A stretch of 27,307 nucleotides of DNA, from IMG/VR virus record IMGVR_UViG_3300044708_000098, positions 1 to 27,307 of that record; one strand, 5' to 3'. Below are positions 8,313 to 16,481 of the stretch, in pieces. Made by a program: the position numbers and the translations under genes. Source of the DNA: a virus. Lineage: Duplodnaviria > Caudoviricetes. Within the stretch, counting starts at the first letter, position 1. Every line of letters starts with the position of its first letter. The notes beneath the pieces are model-generated. The model did not search any database. It worked only from the letters and a program-made list of their open reading frames with translations, and was not told where the DNA came from.

Positions 8313-8976
8313 TTGGGAGTCTCCACTGTCGAGGGACCGTTTCCCTGCAAATGTACGCATCGTTATCCGCTGACCGCCAGACTCGTTCATACCCAAACTC
8401 CTTCAGTTGCTCGTCCAACGCCCCTGCGTCCCAAGACTCCACGAGGATGACGCGTGGCTGCCAGCGCGCGATGTCGAACCCGCGCAGCACGTCCGGCTCC
8501 GTCCCCTCCGTGTCGATGCACAGTGCGTCCAGACTCGGGAACTCGCACTCGGCGAGTAGTTGGTCCAGCGTTCGCACATTGACCTTGGTTGTCGCCCACC
8601 GCTCTCCCGCCTCGGCTGCCAGCTTCGGGTGCTGGCTCGGCTTGAGCGAGGAGTATGCTTCAAGGTTGTCGAGGTTGATGTGGAAGTCCGCGCCGTCCGA
8701 GGGTGACTCCGCGACCGCGCACATCTTCACGAACGCCCGGCACTCGTTCAGCAGGTGCTTGTAGTAGGGGTTCGCCTCGACGGAGAGCACGGTCCAACGG
8801 TGCTGCTTCTCCAGTAGATAGGTGGAGTTGATGGACATGCCGTCGCTGGCACCCACGTCAATGCAGTAGCCGACGTACCCCGGCGGGAACTGGTCCGCGA
8901 TCCAGGTGGAAACCGTCCCGTTGGGAGGGTAGAACATGTGCTTGCCGGCAGCCGGCGGTCCGAGCGTGTCTTTCAT
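8299..8976 (-). CDS. FkbM-family SAM-dependent methyltransferase
   Basis: IDVGASDGMSINST, WTVLSVEANP, TLDQLL, LCIDTEGTE, PRVILVE. Confidence 0.9.
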   Translation of the reverse strand: MKDTLGPPAAGKHMFYPPNGTVSTWIADQFPPGYVGYCIDVGASDGMSINSTYLLEKQHRWTVLSVEANPYYKHLLNECRAFVKMCAVAESPSDGADFHINLDNLEAYSSLKPSQHPKLAAEAGERWATTKVNVRTLDQLLAECEFPSLDALCIDTEGTEPDVLRGFDIARWQPRVILVESWDAGALDEQLKEFGYERVWRSADNDAYICRETVPRQWRLPSDKA

Positions 8977-9647
8977 GTCACTACCTCAGGCTTCATGGCG
9001 TCCCGTAACGCCTCGACGTGGACCGGCATCTTGAGCGCGACGTACTCGAAGAACTTTTTGGCGTCATCGTCCCGCGAGGCGAGGTTCGTATGCGGCAACC
9101 CCTCGTGGTGGATCGCGAACGACTGCTCCGGAGCGTGGACAATCGCCGTCATCTCGCCGATCAACCCGGTCAGGATCGGCCAGCAGTAGTGGTAGAACTC
9201 CGGGCAGGCATACCAGCCCACACAGTCGATCCACTCCCACGACACGAACGGCATGTCCACATGCTCGCCGAGGTTGTGGCGCGGAGAGACTACCGCCAGC
9301 CGACGCGGGAAGAAATCCAGTGTCTCCAGGAGCCAGGCGTCCCAACCCCACGTCTCCGTCTTAATCGTCGTGTCATCGGTGATGAGTCCGTAGGCCGCAT
9401 AAGACGGGTTCTCGTCCACGAGCGAGTTCGCCGCCGCCACGGGTCCAATACGGGCCGCGTAGAGCGCCTTCACGCGCGGTCCGAATCCTGCTCCGGTGAG
9501 CCCGGACTCGTACAGTTCGCGCTGGTCCTCATCGACATATACGAGCACGTCGGCGAGGTTCGAGGTCGCGAGCACGGAGCGGCACGCCTTTAGCAACTTC
9601 TCCGGGCGGTCCCGGCTCGGAATCAGGACGGCGATGCGGTTCATCAT
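8973..9647 (-). CDS. Glycosyltransferase family 2 (GT-A fold)
   Basis: IAVLIPSRDRPEKL..AC.SVL, VLVYVDED, xDD metal motif (LITDD), MPFVS..W...VGW. Start moved to ATG 9647. Confidence 0.8.
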   Translation of the reverse strand: MMNRIAVLIPSRDRPEKLLKACRSVLATSNLADVLVYVDEDQRELYESGLTGAGFGPRVKALYAARIGPVAAANSLVDENPSYAAYGLITDDTTIKTETWGWDAWLLETLDFFPRRLAVVSPRHNLGEHVDMPFVSWEWIDCVGWYACPEFYHYCWPILTGLIGEMTAIVHAPEQSFAIHHEGLPHTNLASRDDDAKKFFEYVALKMPVHVEALRDAMKPEVVT

Positions 9648-9703
9648 CGCACCCTGCCCGCTACTGTCGCCGTCCAGCGATACCCGTTCGCTTGTATCGT
9701 CAT
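9644..9703 (-). CDS. Possible 19-aa mini-ORF MTIQANGYRWTATVAGRVR
   Basis: Its ATG overlaps the upstream stop (TGATG) and its TGA overlaps the GT2 start (ATGA). Confidence 0.35.
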   Translation of the reverse strand: MTIQANGYRWTATVAGRVR

Positions 9704-10974
9704 CACAACACCTGCTCGATGTTCGGGAGCGGAATGATGAAGGTCGTTCCCTCGTCGAGCAGTTTCCGCTCGCGTTCGACGAACTCCTTGCGGAAGGCCC
9801 AGGGTAGAATGAACACATTGCGCGGGTGCTCGTCGCGCATGTCCTGTTCGTTCGTCACCGGGAGCCAGGTCCCCGTCATGTAGGTCCCGAACTTGACCGG
9901 GTTGCGGTCCGCGATGGCCTTGAACGTGCCCGGCATGTCGAGGTACTGGAGCAGGACGCAACCCTTGGTACTCGCGCCGTAGCACCAGAGAGCCCCGCCC
10001 AACGTCAGCGGACCCTCCAACTGCTCGCGCATCCGGTCGCGCCATTTCTGCACCCGACCCGCAAAGTTGTGGGCATCGAGGTCCGAGACCGTGCGGTGCT
10101 CAGAAATGAGCGACCCGTGCGGGTTCTCCCACGTCCGCTTCACCGCCGTGACCCGGATGCTGCCGCCGTTCACGTCGTTGTAGGTGATGCCGATGATCGA
10201 GAGCCCGTTCCGCTCGTAGAGCGCGTTCAGCGAGCGCACATCGTAGTAGCACAGGTGCTCATGGCAGATCGCGTCGAACGCGTTAGCGCGCACCATCGTC
10301 GGCGAGTCGTTCAACTGGTTGATCCAGACGCCGCCCGGCGATAGTACCCGAGCGATGTCGCGCACGAAGGCGTCGGGCTCGTCCAGATCATAGAACATGG
10401 CGATGCTGGTGACGACATCACACCCGCCCTGCTTGCCGGGTCCGTACAGGCAGTCATGGTCGGCCGAGAAGTAATCCGCGATGACGTGGTCCGAGACCTT
10501 GTGCAAGTCCTCGGTGAAGTTGAGCGCGGGCTCGCAGGCGATCCGCGTGAAGCCGGGGGGCAGCGAAGCGAGCAGGAAGCCATCGTTCGCGCCGATGTCC
10601 AGCCAACGCCCGCCCGCATGATGGTTCAAGCCGGTCTGGATCACGTCCTTCAAGGCGTTCCGCATGGTCTCGTTGACGCTGGAGCGATACCAGAACTCCC
10701 GGTAGAGCAGGTCGGGATTGACCGTGTGGTCCAACTGGAGCAGCCCACAACCCTCGCAGCGCACCAGGTTCAGCGGACTCCGGGGCAGGTTCAGGTCCGG
10801 AGCGGGCACGAAGTTGACGAGGTACTGCTCGCCGAGCGAAAGCACCGGCGTCAGCGTGCGCTCGTGGCAGGAGCGGCAGGTGGTCCGCAGCTTCGAGACC
10901 GGGCTCGTGGAGACATCCGTGAGAGTCATCGTTCCGTCCTTGTTGGCGGTGGCCTTGAGCTTGGTCCGGTTCAT
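9703..10974 (-). CDS. NDP-hexose C-methyltransferase (TylCIII/EryBIII/TcaB9-like)
   Basis: Zn site CRSC...LVRCEGCGLLQL, SAM motif LDIGANDG, CHEHLCYY, C-terminal YGASTKG..LLQY, DRNPVKFG and ILPWAF. Start ATG 10974 overlaps the terminase stop. Confidence 0.92.
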   Translation of the reverse strand: MNRTKLKATANKDGTMTLTDVSTSPVSKLRTTCRSCHERTLTPVLSLGEQYLVNFVPAPDLNLPRSPLNLVRCEGCGLLQLDHTVNPDLLYREFWYRSSVNETMRNALKDVIQTGLNHHAGGRWLDIGANDGFLLASLPPGFTRIACEPALNFTEDLHKVSDHVIADYFSADHDCLYGPGKQGGCDVVTSIAMFYDLDEPDAFVRDIARVLSPGGVWINQLNDSPTMVRANAFDAICHEHLCYYDVRSLNALYERNGLSIIGITYNDVNGGSIRVTAVKRTWENPHGSLISEHRTVSDLDAHNFAGRVQKWRDRMREQLEGPLTLGGALWCYGASTKGCVLLQYLDMPGTFKAIADRNPVKFGTYMTGTWLPVTNEQDMRDEHPRNVFILPWAFRKEFVERERKLLDEGTTFIIPLPNIEQVL

Positions 10975-12707
10975 CGGATCGGCTCCCTCGGCACCAGTTC
11001 TCTCCAACTGCGATCTTCGTCGTCCTCGAACTGCCGCATGTCCATCCCCTCCATCGCAATCGGCTGTGCTCCGCGATCCCAAGGTGAACTGTTCGGTCCC
11101 ACCCGCCGCATTGGGACGTACATAGGCGCGCTGAACGCATCAGCATGGGCGTCGGCCCAGTCGATCTTGGTGCGTGGGTTCACGGCGTACTGGCCGATGC
11201 GTGCCATTTGCTCGGTCAGGCGGTCCATACCGGGAGCACCCTTCACCCAGCGAACATGGCCGTCCACCCAGAACGTCGTCGCGGCGTGCAAGCGCTCGTA
11301 CTTCTTCGTGTTGCCACGCTCGTACTCGATGAACGTGGGCATAGGCTCGTTCACGTCCGCGAACATGTTGCGGAGGTTCATCTCCCATGAGCCCTTCTTG
11401 CCCGCGCGCGTCTTCTCGTCGGTGATGGCGATGATCTTGAATCCCTTGCGGCGGTAGCGCTGGACCGTTACCACGATCAACTTGCCAAAATCCTCGGCCC
11501 GCATCGTGGCATCGCCGTAGCCCTCGATGACGTAGACATCACCGGAGCCGTTGCGGGGATAGCCGTGAACGAGGAGCACGGTCTCGTCTTTGCCCGCGAT
11601 TCTGCTTCCGTCTGAGAAAGCGGTGTCGCACTGGAGGGAGAAACGCAGCGCGGACCACGGGACCTCCTTGGGAGAGATGCCGCATTGCTCGATCTGCTCG
11701 CGCGTGATCGGGTTCAGTTCGGAAATGCTCGGGTCGTTCATCACCTGGGCAGCGTAGCGCAGGGCATCCGTACGCTGGTAGCGCTTCATGCGGTCGTGGC
11801 TCCAGACCAGCGGCGTCGTCGGCTTGCCCTCGGGGCACTCCTCGGAAACCTGAGCCGGGTCCCGGCCGGAGAGGAAGTAGACGTGGATGTTGCCAGTCGG
11901 GTCCACCGGGATGCTGCCGGTCTTCATGCCGCTCAGCGAGCACACGCCCTGAGTCCGGAATGCCTCCCCGAAGTGGTCCCCGTCGTCGTACCTCGTCCCG
12001 ACCCATACCACGAGCCCGTCCCCCTGAATGACCGGGACCAACGAAGACACCTGCGAGTTGACCGTCGCGAGCCAGTTGGTGTCCGTGGTCAGGCGTTCAT
12101 AGCTGATTGGGTCGTCGTAGAAGATGGCGTCGGGGTGAGAGCCGGTGATGGAAGTCTCCACGCCGAAGGTGACGAACGACGGGTCTTGGCGGGAAGTATT
12201 GCGGCGGCCGGAATGCACGATCTCGCGACCCGTCCACCTGCGAGCGTTGGCGCTCCAGTCGCCGTACAGCAGGGTCCACATGGCGTGCGAGTCGGAACCA
12301 TCGAGCACCGCCTTCATGGCTTCGAGCATCTTCGAGGCGAGTTCGACCTTCTCGGAGCCGGTGGCCGTCGCGATCTCGGGGTCCAGCAGGTGAAGCCAGA
12401 GTTGCCCCGCGCGCGTGATGAGCGTGGTCTTGCCGATTTCGCGGTGAACGATGACAGCTAGGTGCTTCTGGCGGGCGATACCCAGTCGGCGCCACTCGAT
12501 CCACTCCCGGATGTGCTTCTCGTACCAGTCCGCGAGCGGCTTGTGTACGTCAGGGTCGATCCAGCGCCGGCCCTTCGGGTTCGATCCCGCGCCGAACGCG
12601 ATGAGGAAGAAGGTCCAGAAGTTCACGCGGCAGAAATGCCGGAGCAAGTCCATCTCGGCGGCGCCGTCCCACGAGAACTCCCGGCTGGCGGGCTTGGCTC
12701 TAGGCAT
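10971..12707 (-). CDS. terL: Terminase large subunit
   Basis: Walker A VHREIGKTT, Walker B GSHPDAIFYDDP, coupling motif VGTRY, RNase H-like nuclease CDTAFS...KDET and DWADA. Start moved to ATG 12707. Confidence 0.92.
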   Translation of the reverse strand: MPRAKPASREFSWDGAAEMDLLRHFCRVNFWTFFLIAFGAGSNPKGRRWIDPDVHKPLADWYEKHIREWIEWRRLGIARQKHLAVIVHREIGKTTLITRAGQLWLHLLDPEIATATGSEKVELASKMLEAMKAVLDGSDSHAMWTLLYGDWSANARRWTGREIVHSGRRNTSRQDPSFVTFGVETSITGSHPDAIFYDDPISYERLTTDTNWLATVNSQVSSLVPVIQGDGLVVWVGTRYDDGDHFGEAFRTQGVCSLSGMKTGSIPVDPTGNIHVYFLSGRDPAQVSEECPEGKPTTPLVWSHDRMKRYQRTDALRYAAQVMNDPSISELNPITREQIEQCGISPKEVPWSALRFSLQCDTAFSDGSRIAGKDETVLLVHGYPRNGSGDVYVIEGYGDATMRAEDFGKLIVVTVQRYRRKGFKIIAITDEKTRAGKKGSWEMNLRNMFADVNEPMPTFIEYERGNTKKYERLHAATTFWVDGHVRWVKGAPGMDRLTEQMARIGQYAVNPRTKIDWADAHADAFSAPMYVPMRRVGPNSSPWDRGAQPIAMEGMDMRQFEDDEDRSWRELVPREPIR

Positions 12708-13242
12708 CGGGCTTCTGCTCCGGGGCGGCTGCGATGGGAGACAATGCTTCGAGCCGGGCCTGCTCACGGTCGCGCAGCATTTCTAGCGCCTTCTTCTGGC
12801 ACCAGATGGCTTGGACCTCCAGCCCCTCTTTCCTCGGGAATCCCTTCGGGTATCCGCCGCGCTTGATGTGCGGGAACTGTTTGTAGAGCGCTTTCAGGGT
12901 CTTCGGGAGGTCCGACTTGGTGAACGGATCGAGGTCGCTTATTTCGATCTTCGGGAACTCGGCTCCCAGCGGTTTCTGAGTCTTGGGGAACGCCTTGCGA
13001 TAGGCGATCTGGGTATTGGCGACTCCTGCGGGGTGCATCATGCGAGCCAGCCGGTCCTGAACTTCTGCGGCGGTGAGCGGTTCCGGGAGAACGGCGGTCT
13101 CGGAGTTCTGAGCCGCGATGAACTTCAATGCACGGAACTTATCAGCCCCGTCGCCGTAACGGGCGATTTCGCTGATGTGCTCCATCACCTCGTTGAATGA
13201 GAGGGTAGCGGGCTTGGGCTTATCGGGCTTCTCGTAGCTCAT
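12700..13242 (-). CDS. Hypothetical protein, candidate terminase small subunit
   Basis: 180-aa basic, helical protein directly upstream of terL; ATG 13242 overlaps the upstream stop. Function inferred from position only. Confidence 0.5.
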   Translation of the reverse strand: MSYEKPDKPKPATLSFNEVMEHISEIARYGDGADKFRALKFIAAQNSETAVLPEPLTAAEVQDRLARMMHPAGVANTQIAYRKAFPKTQKPLGAEFPKIEISDLDPFTKSDLPKTLKALYKQFPHIKRGGYPKGFPRKEGLEVQAIWCQKKALEMLRDREQARLEALSPIAAAPEQKPDA

Positions 13243-14054
13243 CCGGTACCGTCCAGCGTTTGCGAATAGGGAGCGCAGTAGATGTTTGCCACGCTGATCG
13301 AATAGTGAGAGACGGTGGTGTCGGCCCCGTTGCTCATCTGGACCTGCGGGGCGCACATGGTCGTGGTTGTTGGGCCGCCGCCCTGGGCGTTCCACTTCAC
13401 GCGATTGACTCGCTTGTTGGTGGCGTCGAACTGGCTCAGTCGGAAGTTCGTGTTGATGACACTGATCCCGAACGGGAATGCCCACATCTCCCACAAGAGC
13501 GTAACGCCAGCGGCGAGAATACCGGGGTTCAGTGCATGCGTCGTCACCGAAAGCGTCTTATCCACGGCTCCGGTTCCCTTGATGACGAGGTTCATCACGT
13601 CCTGCCCGTCGGTCGAGTCGTGCCACAGACCAATGGTGTTGTTCGGGATCGTGTCCGAGATGCACACGGGGTTCGTGCTGGCGGTCATGCCCGCGAACAG
13701 CCTGCCGCTATCACTGTTCCAAGTCTCGATGCGGAAGATCGTGGACATGTACCAACCACCGAGACTCGCGGCGTTGCCGAACCAGAACTGGTAATCGCCG
13801 GCATGAGACTGGCGCGGGCCGAGTTCCTGGTTCGCCGTGCCCGCAGCGTTGGTGTAGATCGTGCGCTTGAACTGGGTGTCGAACGCCGTGCCCACCGTGG
13901 CGTGCGTCACAGCGATACCCACGGCGGCGGTATCCGTCGTCCATGCCGAACCGAGCCCCGCTCCGCTCCCGGTGCCATCCACGCTATTCGGAAGGAACAG
14001 ACATCCGTTGAAGAACTGGAGCCCGCGCTGATAGAACGAGGTCGGGCGGGTCAT
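13239..14054 (-). CDS. Beta-sandwich (lectin-like) virion fibre/receptor-binding-like protein
   Basis: T/G/A/S-rich with alternating beta strands and many aromatics; ATG 14054 overlaps the upstream stop. Confidence 0.55.
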   Translation of the reverse strand: MTRPTSFYQRGLQFFNGCLFLPNSVDGTGSGAGLGSAWTTDTAAVGIAVTHATVGTAFDTQFKRTIYTNAAGTANQELGPRQSHAGDYQFWFGNAASLGGWYMSTIFRIETWNSDSGRLFAGMTASTNPVCISDTIPNNTIGLWHDSTDGQDVMNLVIKGTGAVDKTLSVTTHALNPGILAAGVTLLWEMWAFPFGISVINTNFRLSQFDATNKRVNRVKWNAQGGGPTTTTMCAPQVQMSNGADTTVSHYSISVANIYCAPYSQTLDGTG

Positions 14055-14992
14055 GTCACGCCCCACATCGAGCCACGATTGTTGATGACTCTGCCAGCCC
14101 CGTCAGCGTTCGTCACGTTGCCGTAGGCCTGACACTGGACACAGGTATCCGTGAAGATGCCGATGGCACCGGCATCAAACCCCGAGGTCCGGTTGTAGCG
14201 AACCAGCCCGGCCTCGACACCACTCATCGTGAAGAACTTCGCCGACGATGCACTGCCCGTGACCACGAAGTTGCAATACTCGATGATGGCTGGATTGCTG
14301 GTCCGGATGTCCACAACGCTCGTGATGGCTTGGCTCGTCTCGAAGTCGATGCCCTCGAACCGCACCAGCGTGTTGCTGTCCACCAACACATCGCCCAAGA
14401 TGTTGTTCTCAATGTTTCCGCCAACGAAGTGGTGCAACATCATCGCCGCCACACCGTCGCCACCCTGCTCCAGGTGGACCCCATAGGTGCCGTTGCCGTT
14501 GAACGTGCAGTCGCGGAAGCTATTGACGTTGGTCGAGAACGCTCCGACGGTGGTGTTGACGTAGAGCCCGGCCCCGGTATTGAACTGAGTCGTGCAATGG
14601 TCAAATACCGTCAGAATGGCCCCATCGAGCCAGATGCCGACCGTTGGACCGTCTCCCGATACGGCGGAGGTCGCGCCCACGACCACGTTGCGAAACTCGT
14701 TGCGCGGCGTTCCTGCGCCCGAGGTGAACAACTTGAGACCGAATGCCTTGCCAGTCGCACGGATCGTCAGGTTGTTCATCTTGACGGCACCTGTCTGAAT
14801 CGCGACCGAGCCCGTCAGGACCGTCGCGTCTACGCCGGACCCACGCAGTTCGAGGTTCGATTGAGTCCAGGTGATGTCGCCCGCGAATGTACCGGGGCCA
14901 AGTTGAACGATACCACCACCTGTCAGGCTCGCAATCGCCGAGTTCACCGCTCCTGAAGCGGCCTTCGAGACTTCGATGATGTTGGCACCCAC
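14051..14992 (-). CDS. Right-handed beta-helix (pectin lyase-like) tailspike-type protein
   Basis: AIASLTGGGIVQLGPGTF...LELRGSG..ATVL cap, followed by repeated N..GI/V rungs (FNTGAGLYV, NGNGTYGVHL, ENNILGDV). Confidence 0.8.
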   Translation of the reverse strand: MGANIIEVSKAASGAVNSAIASLTGGGIVQLGPGTFAGDITWTQSNLELRGSGVDATVLTGSVAIQTGAVKMNNLTIRATGKAFGLKLFTSGAGTPRNEFRNVVVGATSAVSGDGPTVGIWLDGAILTVFDHCTTQFNTGAGLYVNTTVGAFSTNVNSFRDCTFNGNGTYGVHLEQGGDGVAAMMLHHFVGGNIENNILGDVLVDSNTLVRFEGIDFETSQAITSVVDIRTSNPAIIEYCNFVVTGSASSAKFFTMSGVEAGLVRYNRTSGFDAGAIGIFTDTCVQCQAYGNVTNADGAGRVINNRGSMWGVT

Positions 14993-15612
14993 TACGGCAG
15001 CCTCGTGATGAGGCAGAGAGACCCCTGCCGGACCGTGACCGTGCCGCCGCTCGATTCGTTCCCGGCCTGCAACTGCACGGACCCCACCGCCGAGGGGACA
15101 ATCACGCCCTCAATCGTGATCGGGTAATCCGTGTTCGCGACCGGGAAGTTGACCGTCGTCACGGCGTCCCCGCTGGACAGGATCGTGTCCTCCCAAGTTG
15201 TCACGGCTCCGTCGCCGCCAAGGCAAGCTTTCGCGACGCAATCGAACCGCGTCGAGGTCGGGAAGGTGAGCGTGAACTTGGCACCTTCGTTGATGACGCT
15301 GTTCCGGACCAGGAGGAAGAACCGGAAGTGAACATAAAGACCGCCGACGAGCGGGAAGGCGAGGCCCGTGACGTTCACGACGGAGGAGGACGTAAACGTT
15401 TGGTCGGCGGTCAAGTTGACCGAGTTGATGGACGGACTCACGGGCGGGTACGCATCGCCGCGCAGTACCGTGAGGTCGCGGAAGCTCTTGAGTTCGGCGC
15501 GCGGAGTGCGTTCCCAGCACACGTCACACTCGTAGATCGGCGGCGGCGGCTGGACCATCGCGGGCATGACCGAGTTCTCGCAGGCTGGGCAGTAGAGCGT
15601 CGTGCGGGCCAC
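14992..15612 (-). CDS. Zn-ribbon + C1q/TNF-like jelly-roll fibre-tip-like protein
   Basis: N-terminal CPAC...CDVC. The C-terminus LTADQT...VTGLAFPL...IEGVIV...GSVQLQ...TVRQGS resembles phage fibre tip domains. Confidence 0.6.
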   Translation of the reverse strand: MARTTLYCPACENSVMPAMVQPPPPIYECDVCWERTPRAELKSFRDLTVLRGDAYPPVSPSINSVNLTADQTFTSSSVVNVTGLAFPLVGGLYVHFRFFLLVRNSVINEGAKFTLTFPTSTRFDCVAKACLGGDGAVTTWEDTILSSGDAVTTVNFPVANTDYPITIEGVIVPSAVGSVQLQAGNESSGGTVTVRQGSLCLITRLP

Positions 15613-15628
15613 ACTCAGCGGTCCTCTC

Positions 15629-16480
15629 TCATGCGGGCTTGAACGTCGCGAGCGCGATCACCCAGTCGATCTCTCCACTGGGGATCGTACCGCCTGCGCG
15701 CGTAGCAGCGGCGGAGAGGAGTTGCGCCCGGCCTTCGTACAGACTGACATCGCCGCCCGGAATCGAAGCACAGTGCACGGCAAGAGCACCACCGAACGGG
15801 GTCGTCCATGACGGCGCTCCAGCCGAGAGGTCTTCGAACACGGCGAGCGCGGCAGCCGCGTATTCGTTGATACTGGTGAGTGCGGTCGTCAGCCCGCTGT
15901 TGAACGATGGCCCGGTACCTGATGCGGTCTTGGTCTTGTCGAGCACAGAGACCGTCGCCGAGCGCGTCAGCCTGGATACGGACATGACGGCGGCAGCGGG
16001 CAGGGTCCCGCCCCAGGTCGCAACCATCGTGTCTCCGGCTCCTGCGGTGCCGATGTCGGCTGCGTTGGAGTACCAGATGCTCACCCAAATAGCTCCGGCG
16101 GAGTTCGCCGATGCCGCCTTGGTGAGCGTGTTGGCTCCGGCTCCAGACTTGACGCTGGTCGGGTCGGCACTGTTCAGAGAACTGGCGACGCTGACGACGT
16201 AGATGTCTCCAACGCGTGAGGTGAAGGTGCCGGATGTCAGGGTCGTGGTGAGTTGCGTCGCGTCGATCATCGACCCTGTCGCCAGATTGGTTGCCCCAGC
16301 ACCGCCATAGATCGGTCCGGTACCCGCGACGACGAGACTTTCGTAACGCTGCTGCTTCAGGTTCTTGCGCAGAGTGGTCTCGTGACAGGTCTCACAGGTG
16401 AACATCTCCGGCGGAGGTTGCATGAGGGACGGCCTCGCTGGAGTCTCGCAGTTCGGGCATAGCAGTTCGAGGCGTCCCAT
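15629..16480 (-). CDS. Zn-ribbon + A/T/G/S-rich beta domain protein
   Basis: N-terminal CPNC...CETC. The C-terminus GDIYVVSVAS...VSIWYS...TMVATW resembles virion surface domains. Confidence 0.6.
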   Translation of the reverse strand: MGRLELLCPNCETPARPSLMQPPPEMFTCETCHETTLRKNLKQQRYESLVVAGTGPIYGGAGATNLATGSMIDATQLTTTLTSGTFTSRVGDIYVVSVASSLNSADPTSVKSGAGANTLTKAASANSAGAIWVSIWYSNAADIGTAGAGDTMVATWGGTLPAAAVMSVSRLTRSATVSVLDKTKTASGTGPSFNSGLTTALTSINEYAAAALAVFEDLSAGAPSWTTPFGGALAVHCASIPGGDVSLYEGRAQLLSAAATRAGGTIPSGEIDWVIALATFKPA

Positions 16481-16481
16481 G

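Noticed and set aside
6877-10974. DNA hypermodification cluster
   Set aside because: No hydroxymethylase, TET/JBP, kinase or DNA methyltransferase motifs, and the location is in head morphogenesis. Not fully excluded, because the rest of the genome is unseen.
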